A stretch of 64,000 nt of DNA from the IMG/VR virus record IMGVR_UViG_3300013830_000222, positions 2,140-66,139 of that record. One strand, written 5' to 3'. The stretch's first letter is position 1; each line of letters starts with the position of its first letter. The notes beneath the pieces were generated by a model that worked only from the letters and a program-made list of their open reading frames with translations, was not told where the DNA came from and did not search any database. Below are positions 9,669-19,406 of this stretch, in pieces. The DNA comes from a virus. A program made the position numbers and the translations under genes.

Positions 9669-10077
9669 GGAGTTTCTGCAGCAGGCAAGGTTTCTGGATC
9701 AGCGAATCAACAGCAAGGTCCGGGAGATCGAGAAGATGAATGCCCTTGCGACAAATATGTCGGCAGTCATCAGCGACATGCCGAAGGCGAAGGGTTCTTC
9801 TACATCCAGGATGGAGGATACGGTCTGCAAGATCATCGATTATGAGAATGAAGTCCGGGAGGATCTGGACCGGCTGATCTCCATCAAGCGGGAGATCAAC
9901 GATACTCTGGAGCAGATCGACGAGGTGGATTACCGGATCGTTCTTCAGAAGAGATATCTGGAGATGTGTTCCTGGGAAGAGATTGCCTGCGATATCGACA
10001 AGAAGGTCCGCTGGGTACAGATGCTGCACGGCCGTGGGCTGGATAAGGTTCAGGAGCTTTTGGACAGATCGGCATAA
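9658..10077 (+). CDS. ArpU/RinA-like late transcriptional activator (DUF1492-like)
   Basis: AKEFLQQA..LDQRINSK, C-terminal RY...WEEIA HTH. Lies just before the HNH/terminase genes. Confidence 0.8.
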   Translation: MKAKEFLQQARFLDQRINSKVREIEKMNALATNMSAVISDMPKAKGSSTSRMEDTVCKIIDYENEVREDLDRLISIKREINDTLEQIDEVDYRIVLQKRYLEMCSWEEIACDIDKKVRWVQMLHGRGLDKVQELLDRSA

Positions 10078-10166
10078 AGTTTTTTCAGGAATGCATGAAA
10101 ATGCGCAGAAGTGCATGTGCCCTTCGTGATAATGTTAAGCTGACGAAAGTGAAGATGAGAGGAGCT

Positions 10167-10199
10167 CTGCAGGGTAGGGGATACCCGCAGGGCTTTTTT
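10167..10199 (+). terminator. hairpin with T-tract in the late leader
   Basis: CTGC-A-GGGTA-GGGA-TACCC-GCAG followed by GGCTTTTTT. Confidence 0.55.
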
Positions 10200-10218
10200 C
10201 GTGGGAGGAGATGGCACA

Positions 10219-10599
10219 ATGCCAAGCAGACCAAAGCATCCATGTGTACACCCGGGCTGTCCGGAGCTGATCCCATACGGGGAGAAGTACTGTGAGAAGC
10301 ATGCGCCAATGCACGAGGCAGAGAAGAAGGATACAAGAACCGGCGGCTCAGCTGCCCGTGGGTATGGATGGAGGTGGCAGAAGGCAAGCAAGGCTTACCT
10401 TCATGCGCATCCGCTCTGTGCTGAGTGTGAGAGGCATGGCAAATATACCCGTGCTGAGGTCGTGGATCATATCGTTCCGCATCGCGGTGATATGAAGCTC
10501 TTCTGGGATCGTGACAATTGGCAGCCGTTGTGCAAGCAGTGTCACGATAAGAAGACCGCGCGTGAGGATCGCAACTTCCCGAGGAAGTACACGTATTGA
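10219..10599 (+). CDS. HNH endonuclease (terminase cofactor)
   Basis: HPLCAEC...VVDHIVPHRGD..LFWD..NWQPLCKQCHDKKT. Confidence 0.92.
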   Translation: MPSRPKHPCVHPGCPELIPYGEKYCEKHAPMHEAEKKDTRTGGSAARGYGWRWQKASKAYLHAHPLCAECERHGKYTRAEVVDHIVPHRGDMKLFWDRDNWQPLCKQCHDKKTAREDRNFPRKYTY

Positions 10600-10610
10600 A
10601 GCCGAGGAGT

Positions 10611-10697
10611 AGGGGCGGGTCAAATCTCTGGGGCCCGGCGCTCCAAGACCGACGCCTCCCCTTCGCGCAGAAAATCGCGAAATCGAAGATGGGGGTC
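10611..10697. other. probable cos packaging region of prophage 1
   Basis: Between HNH and terS. Shares CGGGT..AATCTCT..AGACCG.CGCC.CC..TCGCG..CGCGAAAT..GGGGGTC with 59876-59967. Confidence 0.6.
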
Positions 10698-10741
10698 TAA
10701 ATACCTATACATACTGAAATAATAAAGAAGGGAGGTGCCCT

Positions 10742-11206
10742 ATGGCAGCAGGAAGAAAGCCCAAGCCGACTGCTCTGAAGGAGCTGGAAGGCAATCCGGG
10801 CAAAAGGAAACTGAACAGATCCGAGCCGAAGCCTGACAAGGGCATGCCGCCCTGTCCAGCATGGCTCCTGCCGGAGGCAAAGAAGGAATGGAAGAGGCTG
10901 GCTGAGAACTTGTCCCAGCTTGGCGTACTGACGCAGATCGACATGGCTGCCTTCGCGGCATACTGTCAGTCTTACGCCAGATGGAAGGAAGCCCAGGAGC
11001 ATATCAATTCCGAAGGCTCCGTATTCGAAACCGATAAAGGATATCAGCAGCAGACGCCATGGGTCGGCATCTCCAATACGAATCAGAAGCTGATGCTTCA
11101 GGCAGCATCTGAGTTCGGGTTGACGCCGTCGTCCAGATCCCGGATCGTCGTATCTCATGACGATTCTGAGGAGGATGAGATGGAAGAACTGCTGGGCGGC
11201 GGCTGA
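10742..11206 (+). CDS. terminase small subunit (P27 family)
   Basis: GRKPKPTALKELEGNPGKR, EFGLTPSSRSRI. Confidence 0.93.
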   Translation: MAAGRKPKPTALKELEGNPGKRKLNRSEPKPDKGMPPCPAWLLPEAKKEWKRLAENLSQLGVLTQIDMAAFAAYCQSYARWKEAQEHINSEGSVFETDKGYQQQTPWVGISNTNQKLMLQAASEFGLTPSSRSRIVVSHDDSEEDEMEELLGGG

Positions 11207-12759
11207 TGTTTGATGAAGCCAAGGCGCAGAAGACTCTGCGGTTCATTGAGAACCTGAAGCATACCAAGGGCATCTGGCACGGTCAGAACTTCAAGCTCCT
11301 TCCCTGGCAGGAGGAGATCATCCGGACCATCTTCGGAACAGTGAAGAATGACGGATACCGGCAGTACAACACAGCCTATATCGAGATCCCAAAGAAGAAC
11401 GGGAAGTCGGAGCTGGCAGCTGCGGTTGCCCTGTACATGACCTGCGGTGACGGTGAGTGGGGAGCAGAGGTTTACGGCTGCGCTTCCGACCGGCAGCAGG
11501 CATCGATTGTATTTGATGTGGCTGTCGATATGGTGGACCAGTGTTCGGCACTGAAGAAGCGGATCAAGCCGGTTATGTCCACAAAGAGACTTGTCTATCA
11601 GCCGACGAATTCCTTTTACCAGGTGCTGTCGGCGGAAGCCTATACAAAGCACGGACTCAATGTCCATGCGGTCATCTTCGATGAGTTGCACTCGCAACCG
11701 ACAAGAGAGCTGTTTGATGTTATGGTCCGCGGATCCGGCGATGCCAGGAAGCAGCCGCTGTATTTCCTGATCACGACAGCCGGCACAGACCGGAACTCCA
11801 TCTGCTATGAGCAGCATCAGAAAGCTGAAGACATCATCGCCGGCAGGAAGATTGATCCGACCTACTACCCGGTGATCTACGGTGCCGCGGATGACGATGA
11901 CTGGACGGATGAGAAGGTCTGGTACAAGGCCAATCCTTCCCTGGGACATACGATCGATATCGAAAAGGTCCGGAACGCCTGCAGATCCGCACAGGACAAT
12001 CCTGCAGAGGAAAATGCCTTCCGGCAGCTGAGGCTGGATCAGTGGGTAAAGCAGTCTACACGCTGGATGCCGATGGAGAAGTGGGATGCCTGTGCATTTC
12101 CTGTAGACCCGAAGGAACTGGAAGGCAGAGATTGCTATGGCGGTCTGGACCTCTCCAGCACGTCAGATATCACAGCCTTCGTCCTGGTTTTTCCTCCGAG
12201 GACCGATGATGAGAAGTACATTGTGCTTCCATTCTGCTGGATCCCTGAGGACAACATGAGGCTCAGAGTAAGAAGAGACCACGTTCCCTACGATGTCTGG
12301 GAGAAGACCGGACATCTGATGACGACGGAAGGCAATGTGATCCATTACGGCTACATTGAGCATTTCATTGAGAAGCTGAATGAGAAATACCACATCTGTG
12401 AGATCGCTTTCGATAGATGGGGAGCTACCCAGATGGTGCAGGATCTGGAAGGCATGGGTTTTACGGTTGTGCCTTTCGGCCAGGGCTATAAGGACATGAG
12501 CCCGCCCACCAAGGAGCTGATGAAGCTTGTGCTGGAGCAGCGGATTGCTCACGGCGGGCATCCTGTCCTTCGATGGATGATGGATAACGTCTTCGTCCGG
12601 ACGGATCCTGCCGGCAACATCAAGATGGACAAGGAGAAGTCGACAGAGAAGATCGATGCTGCGGTGGCAACCGTAATGGCGCTGGACAGAGCGATAAGAA
12701 ATGCAAACAAGGAAACAGAGAGTGTCTACGATAGAAGAGGCGGAATTTTGTTCATATAG
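11206..12759 (+). CDS. terminase large subunit
   Basis: IPKKNGKSE Walker A, VIFDELH, GGLDLSST, KIDAAVA. Confidence 0.95.
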   Translation: MFDEAKAQKTLRFIENLKHTKGIWHGQNFKLLPWQEEIIRTIFGTVKNDGYRQYNTAYIEIPKKNGKSELAAAVALYMTCGDGEWGAEVYGCASDRQQASIVFDVAVDMVDQCSALKKRIKPVMSTKRLVYQPTNSFYQVLSAEAYTKHGLNVHAVIFDELHSQPTRELFDVMVRGSGDARKQPLYFLITTAGTDRNSICYEQHQKAEDIIAGRKIDPTYYPVIYGAADDDDWTDEKVWYKANPSLGHTIDIEKVRNACRSAQDNPAEENAFRQLRLDQWVKQSTRWMPMEKWDACAFPVDPKELEGRDCYGGLDLSSTSDITAFVLVFPPRTDDEKYIVLPFCWIPEDNMRLRVRRDHVPYDVWEKTGHLMTTEGNVIHYGYIEHFIEKLNEKYHICEIAFDRWGATQMVQDLEGMGFTVVPFGQGYKDMSPPTKELMKLVLEQRIAHGGHPVLRWMMDNVFVRTDPAGNIKMDKEKSTEKIDAAVATVMALDRAIRNANKETESVYDRRGGILFI

Positions 12760-12844
12760 CCCTGAAAATCTTGTGATGGTGATAGAAATTTGATAATATA
12801 AAAATAACTATACGCAAAAATCAAGAAAGAAAGGAGGAGCCATA

Positions 12845-13999
12845 ATGCCTAAGGTTAATGTGAACATTCAACCTACGATTCTGAATTGGGTCTTAGAACA
12901 GACATCTGATGATTCTCTGGGCAGTCAGTTACGTGCCAGCATTAGCAATTGGATTGATGGCTCTAAAACTCCTACTTTTAATCAGATACAGGATCTAAGT
13001 AAAAAATCGCATATTCCATTGGGCTACTTTTTTCTAAAGGTGCCACCAGTTGAAAGTATTAATTTACTTGAATTTAGAACTATTGACAGTATTCAACTGG
13101 CAAAACCTAGCAGAGACCTGATAGATACCATCCATACTATGGAAGAAAGACAGGATTGGATGGCAAACTATAGAAAAGAACAGGAGCTCGATCCGCTTTC
13201 CTTTGTTGGCGCTGCAGAAAATGAAAAAGATCCGTATAAGGTGGCCAGCGCTATTCGGAAGGCAATTGGGATAGAAGAAACATGGTCTATGACAGCATCT
13301 TCCATAAGGGATGCGTTTAATTCTATCAGAGCAGCATTGGAAGGAAGTGGAGTCTTAATAATGATGAGTGGTATTGTGGGTAACAATACTCATCGTCCAC
13401 TTAATATTGAAGAATTTCGTGCTTTTGCATTAATAAATAAATGGGCACCTTTAGTTTTTATTAACAGTGCAGATTCTCAAGGAGGGAAACTATTTTCTCT
13501 TTTACATGAGGTTGCGCATATATGGTGCGGACAAGATGATCTATTTAATGATAGGCAAGGATTATCTACAAAGCCACTAGAAACATTTTGTAATGCGGTA
13601 GCAGCAGAACTGCTTGTACCGAAGAGTAAGTTCTCTGAATGCTGGGAAGATAGTCGTGGTGATATATATGAGAAAATAGCTTCTTTAGCTATGAAGTTTC
13701 ATTGCGGTGAAACCGTTATAGCAAGAAAAGCATTGGATGCAGGTTTGATAGGGAAGAAAAATTATCAGAAGGTGGCAGATAACGCAATAGAAGGATTTAG
13801 AAAGGAAAAAGAGAAGGGAGGAAGTGGAGGCAATTTTTACGCAACTACTGAATCCAGGATAGATAGATCCTTCATGCGTGCAATTTGCGATGGAATAAGT
13901 TCTGGAACTCTAAGCTATACAGACGCTTATCGGCTTACAGATACAAGCCGAAAGACATTTGATAAGGTTGCGAAAGAACTGGGAGGGGTCATATGGTAA
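12845..13999 (+). CDS. HTH + ImmA/IrrE-family Zn metallopeptidase (moron)
   Basis: N-terminal XRE-like HTH (W..GSKTPTFNQ), LLHEVAH HExxH motif, ETFCNAVAAELL. Low GC. Confidence 0.88.
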   Translation: MPKVNVNIQPTILNWVLEQTSDDSLGSQLRASISNWIDGSKTPTFNQIQDLSKKSHIPLGYFFLKVPPVESINLLEFRTIDSIQLAKPSRDLIDTIHTMEERQDWMANYRKEQELDPLSFVGAAENEKDPYKVASAIRKAIGIEETWSMTASSIRDAFNSIRAALEGSGVLIMMSGIVGNNTHRPLNIEEFRAFALINKWAPLVFINSADSQGGKLFSLLHEVAHIWCGQDDLFNDRQGLSTKPLETFCNAVAAELLVPKSKFSECWEDSRGDIYEKIASLAMKFHCGETVIARKALDAGLIGKKNYQKVADNAIEGFRKEKEKGGSGGNFYATTESRIDRSFMRAICDGISSGTLSYTDAYRLTDTSRKTFDKVAKELGGVIW

Positions 14000-14517
14000 G
14001 TGACGACAAAACCTTCCTGATTGACGCAAATTGCTTTATTGCTCCATACCATGATTTTTACGCATTCGATCTTGTTCCGAAGTATTGGGAAATTCTTGCT
14101 GAGAAAGCCAAAACAGGGAGAATTGTTCTTTTGGACAAGGTAAAGAGGGAACTTGATACTGGTGGAGATAAACTTTCAGATTGGATGAAAAGTAACAATC
14201 AGTTTAAGGTATGTTCAATAAACGATGAGCAGATTATTGCCGTGTATGCAGAAATAATGCAGTACATTCAGGAGAGCGAATTTTATAGTGACAAGGCTTT
14301 GAATCAATGGGCGGATGACAAGGTCGCAGATCCATGGTTAATTGCCGCAGCTAAAGTTAAAGGATACATCATTGTAACATTTGAAGGACCCAATACGGGC
14401 TTAAATAAAAACAATCCAAGCAAAAATGCTAAAATCCCAGATGTTGCAAGTGCATTTGGAGTGAAGACATGTAATCTATATACAATGATGAGGGAATTAG
14501 CAATAAAAATTGATTAG
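13993..14517 (+). CDS. DUF4411-family PIN-like protein
   Basis: FLIDANCFI, ADPWLIAAA, IVTFE, KIPDVA. Overlaps the peptidase stop. Confidence 0.85.
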   Translation: MVSDDKTFLIDANCFIAPYHDFYAFDLVPKYWEILAEKAKTGRIVLLDKVKRELDTGGDKLSDWMKSNNQFKVCSINDEQIIAVYAEIMQYIQESEFYSDKALNQWADDKVADPWLIAAAKVKGYIIVTFEGPNTGLNKNNPSKNAKIPDVASAFGVKTCNLYTMMRELAIKID

Positions 14518-14538
14518 CAATAATATGTTCTTTTTCAG

Positions 14539-14575
14539 AGCATCTATCGGAGAGATCCGGTAGGTGCTTATTTTA
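14539..14575 (+). terminator. intrinsic terminator closing the moron
   Basis: AGCATCTATCGGA-GAGA-TCCGGTAGGTGCT followed by TATTTT. Confidence 0.7.
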
Positions 14576-14594
14576 TGCCCTGAAGGAGGCGGAC

Positions 14595-14666
14595 ATGATT
14601 ATTCTTTCGATTATCGGATTTCTCCTGATCAGGGAGGCACTGAATGGAATGGAGGATTTCAGATGA
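14595..14666 (+). CDS. 23-aa hydrophobic peptide coupled to portal
   Basis: AAGGAGG RBS, MIILSIIGFLLIREALNGMEDFR. ATGA overlap with the portal start. Confidence 0.5.
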   Translation: MIILSIIGFLLIREALNGMEDFR

Positions 14667-15994
14667 GCATATTTTCTGGGATGTTCAAGAGCAGGGATAA
14701 GCCAAAGGATTCCACAGCGGGAAGCTCCTTCAGCTTCCTGTTCGGCGGAACGGCTGCAGGGAAGCCTGTAAATGAGCAGACCTCGATGCAGGTCACAGCG
14801 GTGTACTGCTGTGTGAGGATCCTGTCCGAGGCGGTGGCGAGCCTGCCGCTTCATCTATACAGATACAGCTCCGAGGGGAGCAAGGAAAAAGCGGTGGACC
14901 ATCCGCTTTATTTTTTGCTCCATAACGAGCCGAATCCGGAGATGACGTCCTTCGCCTACAGGGAAACGATGATGACGCACCTTTTGCTGTACGGAAACTG
15001 CTATTCGCAGATCATCCGGAACGGCAAGGGTGAGGTCGTTGCCCTGTATCCGCTGATGCCGAACCGGATGAGGGTGGACAGGGACCTGAAGGGCCAGCTC
15101 TATTACGAATACCAGACCGGGCAGGACGAAGCCAGGACTATGAAGGGAACGATCGTGAGGCTCCAGCCGAAGGATGTGCTGCATATCCCGGGGCTTGGAT
15201 TTGACGGGCTGGTCGGCTACAGCCCGATCGCGATGGCAAAGAACGCGGTCGGAATGGCTATCGCCTGTGAGGAGTATGGAGCGAAGTTCTTCGCGAACGG
15301 GGCAACGCCGGGAGGAATCCTAGAGCATCCGGGCGTCGTGAAGGATCCGGAAAAGGTCCGGGAAAGCTGGATGTCAGCCTTCGGTGGATCCGCGAACAGC
15401 AATAAGGTCGCGGTCCTTGAGGAGGGCATGAAGTACACGCCAATCTCGATCAGCCCGGAGGAGGCCCAGTTCCTGGAGACACGGAAGTTCCAGATCGATG
15501 AGATCGCGCGGATCTTCCGGATCCCGCCGCATATGATCGGAGACCTGGAAAAGTCTTCCTTCAATAACATCGAGCAGCAGTCGCTGGAATTCGTGAAGTA
15601 CACGCTGGATCCCTGGGTATGCCGTTGGGAGCAGTCCATGCAGAGATCTCTCCTGAATCAGGAGGAGAAGAAGGATTACTTCTTCAAGTTCAACGTGGAC
15701 GGGCTTCTGAGAGGCGACTACCAGAGCCGTATGCAGGGCTACGCGGTCGGACGCCAGAACGGCTGGATGTCCGCGAACGATATCCGCAGCCTAGAGAATC
15801 TGGACCTGATTCCGGATGAGGAGGGCGGAAATCTATACCTGGTGAATGGGAACATGACTAAGCTCTCAGAGACGATCTCTTACAGCGGCGAACAGGATTC
15901 AGGATCGGAGGATACCGGTGAAGAAAAGACGCAAGGTCAAAAGCCCGGAGAAGCCGGGGAAAGACAGATACAGAGACATGGAGGAGGCATATGA
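14663..15994 (+). CDS. HK97-family portal protein
   Basis: AVYCCVRILSEAVASLPL, GLGFDGLVGYSPI, QFLETRKFQ. Start reassigned to ATG 14663 (GGAGG RBS). Confidence 0.95.
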   Translation: MSIFSGMFKSRDKPKDSTAGSSFSFLFGGTAAGKPVNEQTSMQVTAVYCCVRILSEAVASLPLHLYRYSSEGSKEKAVDHPLYFLLHNEPNPEMTSFAYRETMMTHLLLYGNCYSQIIRNGKGEVVALYPLMPNRMRVDRDLKGQLYYEYQTGQDEARTMKGTIVRLQPKDVLHIPGLGFDGLVGYSPIAMAKNAVGMAIACEEYGAKFFANGATPGGILEHPGVVKDPEKVRESWMSAFGGSANSNKVAVLEEGMKYTPISISPEEAQFLETRKFQIDEIARIFRIPPHMIGDLEKSSFNNIEQQSLEFVKYTLDPWVCRWEQSMQRSLLNQEEKKDYFFKFNVDGLLRGDYQSRMQGYAVGRQNGWMSANDIRSLENLDLIPDEEGGNLYLVNGNMTKLSETISYSGEQDSGSEDTGEEKTQGQKPGEAGERQIQRHGGGI

Positions 15995-16767
15995 AAAGAA
16001 AGTTCTGGAACTGGGTGCGGAACGAAGGGCAGGATGCCTTCGGTTCCGACCGTACACTTTACCTCGACGGGGAAATCTCAGATGAGACCTGGTTCGGGGA
16101 TGAGGTGACGCCGCAGCTCTTCAAGGATGAGCTGAATGCAGGCAACGGAAACATCACGCTGTGGATCAACTCTCCGGGCGGTGATGTGTTCGCGGCAGCA
16201 CAGATCTACAACATGCTGATGGACTACAAGGGTGATGTGACGGTCAAGATCGACGCACTCGCAGCTTCGGCTGCAAGCGTGATCGCTATGGCCGGCACGA
16301 AGGTCTGCATGAGCCCGGTCGCCATGCTGATGGTCCACAACCCGGCAACGGTGGCCATCGGAGATGCTGAGGAGATGCAGAAGGCCATCGACATGTTGAA
16401 TGAGGTCAAGGAAAGCATCATGAATGCTTACGAGATCAAGACCGGCATGTCACGGCACAAGATCTCGCAGCTCATGGACGCGGAGACCTGGATGAACGCC
16501 AGGGAGGCCGTCAAGCTGGGATTCGCAGATGAGATCCTGTTTGACAAGGATCAGGAAGAGGTAGCGGACAGCAAGAACCCGGGCGCCGCAATGCTTTTCA
16601 GCCGGAAGGCGGTTACGGATTCCCTGTTATCCAGGCTGATCCCGAAGGACAGACATGGAGCAGATTCTATAGGGGAACCTGCCGCGAAAAAGCATGAGGC
16701 TGAAACAAAGGAGGCCGGGATCCCGGTCGCACAGCTTGAGAAGAGACTGTCTCTTCTCTCACATTAA
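15991..16767 (+). CDS. ClpP-type prohead protease
   Basis: INSPGGDVF, AASAASVIA, MVHNP, ETWM.A.EAV..GFADEI. Confidence 0.95.
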   Translation: MKRKFWNWVRNEGQDAFGSDRTLYLDGEISDETWFGDEVTPQLFKDELNAGNGNITLWINSPGGDVFAAAQIYNMLMDYKGDVTVKIDALAASAASVIAMAGTKVCMSPVAMLMVHNPATVAIGDAEEMQKAIDMLNEVKESIMNAYEIKTGMSRHKISQLMDAETWMNAREAVKLGFADEILFDKDQEEVADSKNPGAAMLFSRKAVTDSLLSRLIPKDRHGADSIGEPAAKKHEAETKEAGIPVAQLEKRLSLLSH

Positions 16768-16772
16768 GGAGG

Positions 16773-18008
16773 ATGAAAGCAATGAGCAAGATTATGGATC
16801 TGATGGAGAAGAGAGCGAAGGCATGGAATGCGGCGAAGGAGTTCCTGGAAAGCCATTCTCAGAACGGCGGTAATGTTTCTGCGGAGGATGCTGCTGTTTA
16901 CGACCGCATGGAGAAGGAGGTCACTGATCTCACCAAGGATATCGAGCGCCTGCAGAGACAGGAAGCAATCGACCAGATGCTGAACCAGCCGACCAGCAAG
17001 CCCATCACCGACAGACCGGCGCAGGCGAAGGGCGAGGAAAAGACCGGAAGAGCGACCGATGAGTACCGCAAAGCCTTCTGGGACAACATCCGGCATCCTG
17101 GCAACCCGGTGCTGCGTGATGTCCTGGAGGTCGGCACGGATGGCAACGGTGGTTATCTGGTCCCGACAGAGTTCGAGCGCACCTTGGTCAAGGCACTTGA
17201 CGAAAACAACGTCATGAGGACGATCGGCTGCAAGATCATCACGACTCAGAATGAGCGTAAGATCCCGGTCGCTGATGGTCACACGGTTGCTGCCTGGACT
17301 GCCGAGAACGGTGCGTATACCGAGAACAATCCGACTTTCGCCCAGAAGAGCATCGATGCCTACAAGCTCACCGACCTGATCAAGGTCTCTGATGAGCTGC
17401 TTTCTGACAGCTTCTTCGATATCGAGGGCTATATTTCCGAGGAGTTCGGAAGGGCATTCGGTGAGGCGGAGGAGGATGCGTTCATCAACGGCGCTATCCA
17501 GAGCGGGCAGACGGTAATCGACCGTCCGACAGGCCTTTTCTCTAAGGCAACTGCAGGTGGAGCACCGCAGGGTGTTGTGGCTGCAGGCGCAACAGCCATT
17601 ACTGCGGACGAGCTGATCAGCCTGGTCTACTCTCTGAAGGCACCTTACCGCGGAAAGGCAAAGTTCCTGATGAACGACGCCACGGTGGCAGCAATCCGTA
17701 AGCTGAAGGACAGCAACGGTGTTTACATGTGGCAGCCGTCCCTGACGGCAGGAGAGCCGGACAGACTGCTTGGCTATCCGCTGTTCACTTCTCCGAAGGT
17801 GCCGGTGATGGCTGCAGGAGCAAGGGCAGTTGCATTTGGTGATTTCTCCTGCTACTGGATCGCAGATCGCGCAGGCCGCACGATGAAGCGTCTGAATGAG
17901 CTTTATGCAACCAACGGACAGGTAGGATTCACCTGCACGGAGCGTGTCGATGGCAAGCTGATCCTGTCTGAGGGTATCAAGATCCTCGACATGAAGGCGG
18001 GATCCTGA
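16773..18008 (+). CDS. HK97-fold major capsid protein
   Basis: GGYLVPTEF, VSDELL.DS, LKDSNG.YMWQP, FGDFS.Y. Confidence 0.95.
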   Translation: MKAMSKIMDLMEKRAKAWNAAKEFLESHSQNGGNVSAEDAAVYDRMEKEVTDLTKDIERLQRQEAIDQMLNQPTSKPITDRPAQAKGEEKTGRATDEYRKAFWDNIRHPGNPVLRDVLEVGTDGNGGYLVPTEFERTLVKALDENNVMRTIGCKIITTQNERKIPVADGHTVAAWTAENGAYTENNPTFAQKSIDAYKLTDLIKVSDELLSDSFFDIEGYISEEFGRAFGEAEEDAFINGAIQSGQTVIDRPTGLFSKATAGGAPQGVVAAGATAITADELISLVYSLKAPYRGKAKFLMNDATVAAIRKLKDSNGVYMWQPSLTAGEPDRLLGYPLFTSPKVPVMAAGARAVAFGDFSCYWIADRAGRTMKRLNELYATNGQVGFTCTERVDGKLILSEGIKILDMKAGS

Positions 18009-18066
18009 TCAGGAAGAATAAGCAGGGCTCCGGTGAAAGCCGGGGCCTTCGGCTTGGGAGGTGAGC

Positions 18067-18354
18067 ATGATGCTGGTAACAATAGATGAGGCAAAAGCAT
18101 ATCTCAGGGTCGATACCGGTGACGAAGATTCCCTGATCCAGAGTCTGCTCACATCCTCTGAGAAGCTGGCAATGGACGTGGCAAGGTTATCGGAGGAGGA
18201 AGTTCCAGAGCATCAGGAGCTGTTGAAGACAGCGGTGCTGTTTACCCTTGGGTACCTTTATGAGCACCGGGAGGAGGCGGATCATCACGAGCTGGTGATG
18301 ACGCTCAGAAACCTTCTCTTCTCGATCCGGGAAGGAAGGCCGGTGATCACATGA
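18067..18354 (+). CDS. head-tail connector (gp6-like)
   Basis: EAKAYLRVD..DEDSLI, YLYEHRE. Confidence 0.88.
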   Translation: MMLVTIDEAKAYLRVDTGDEDSLIQSLLTSSEKLAMDVARLSEEEVPEHQELLKTAVLFTLGYLYEHREEADHHELVMTLRNLLFSIREGRPVIT

Positions 18355-18689
18355 ACATCGCAAGGCTTCACAAGAGGATCCTGTTTCAGGTGAACGCGGT
18401 CACGACAGACAGGTACGGAAACCATGCGAGCGGATGGAAGGACTACTTTTCCGCATGGGCCACGATAGGGACGGACAGCTACGGGTCCGAGGACAAGGGC
18501 GTGGTCATCAATCCGGAGGAGACACTGAATTTCACGACAAGGTGGTGCACGGAGCTGGCGGCGGTAGAGTCCACAAGGTACAGGATCCTGTGCGAGGGGA
18601 AGATCTACAACATTATTTTCGTGAATCCGATGGGCTATAAGCATACGTCGCTGAAGTTCACCGGAAAGCTCTACAAGGAGAAGTCATGA
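18351..18689 (+). CDS. head closure / head-tail adaptor
   Basis: Position in operon; D.YGN...W, YRI...G.IYNI. Confidence 0.85.
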   Translation: MNIARLHKRILFQVNAVTTDRYGNHASGWKDYFSAWATIGTDSYGSEDKGVVINPEETLNFTTRWCTELAAVESTRYRILCEGKIYNIIFVNPMGYKHTSLKFTGKLYKEKS

Positions 18690-19072
18690 GCGACAGGGTA
18701 TCGATTGACGGGATGACAGACGCCATCATGGGTGAGCTGGAGAAATACCGGGACCTGGCCGCGGAGGATCTGAAGGAAGCAGTTAAGGAGACCGGAAACG
18801 ATGTGAAGAAGGATATCTCGGCCCATGCTCCGGTCAGGACTGGGAAGTACAAGAAGTCCTGGGCGGTGAAGAAGACGGCGGAGACAGCGGAGTCCATAGA
18901 GCTGGTGGTTCATTCCAAAAACCGCTATCAGATCGCTCATCTTCTGGAAAACGGCCATGCCAAGAGGGGCGGCGGCAGGGTGGCTGCAATTCCCCATATT
19001 AAGCCTGCGGAGCAGAGAGGCGAGACAGAGCTTGTAGAGAAGATCAAGCGGAGGCTGGAGGGAGGCGGCTGA
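18686..19072 (+). CDS. HK97 gp10-family neck protein
   Basis: APVRTGKY.KSW, HLLENGHAKRGGGRV...PHI.PA. Confidence 0.88.
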   Translation: MSDRVSIDGMTDAIMGELEKYRDLAAEDLKEAVKETGNDVKKDISAHAPVRTGKYKKSWAVKKTAETAESIELVVHSKNRYQIAHLLENGHAKRGGGRVAAIPHIKPAEQRGETELVEKIKRRLEGGG

Positions 19073-19073
19073 T

Positions 19074-19403
19074 GTGACATTTGAAGAGACCATGACAATG
19101 CTGCAGGCGGCTGACCTGCCGCTTGCCTACGATCATTTTGCTGAGGGCGAATCTCCGGATCCGCCTTTTTTGGTGTTTCTTTTTCCGGAATCAGAGAACG
19201 TCTTTGCCGACGATACAGTCTACCAGAAGGTCGAGGACCTGAATGTGGAGCTGTATACGGACAAGAAGGATCCGGAGCTGGAAAAGAAGCTGGAAACGAT
19301 ATTGACGGAGCATCAGTGCCCATATGTAAAGACAGAGGTCTGGATTTCGGATGAGCGGATGTACGAGGTGCTCTATCAGACGCAGATCATAAAGGAGGAT
19401 TGA
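19074..19403 (+). CDS. tail terminator protein
   Basis: Position before the major tail gene; N.FADD.VY, ELYTDKKD. Confidence 0.8.
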   Translation: MTFEETMTMLQAADLPLAYDHFAEGESPDPPFLVFLFPESENVFADDTVYQKVEDLNVELYTDKKDPELEKKLETILTEHQCPYVKTEVWISDERMYEVLYQTQIIKED

Positions 19404-19406
19404 GAG

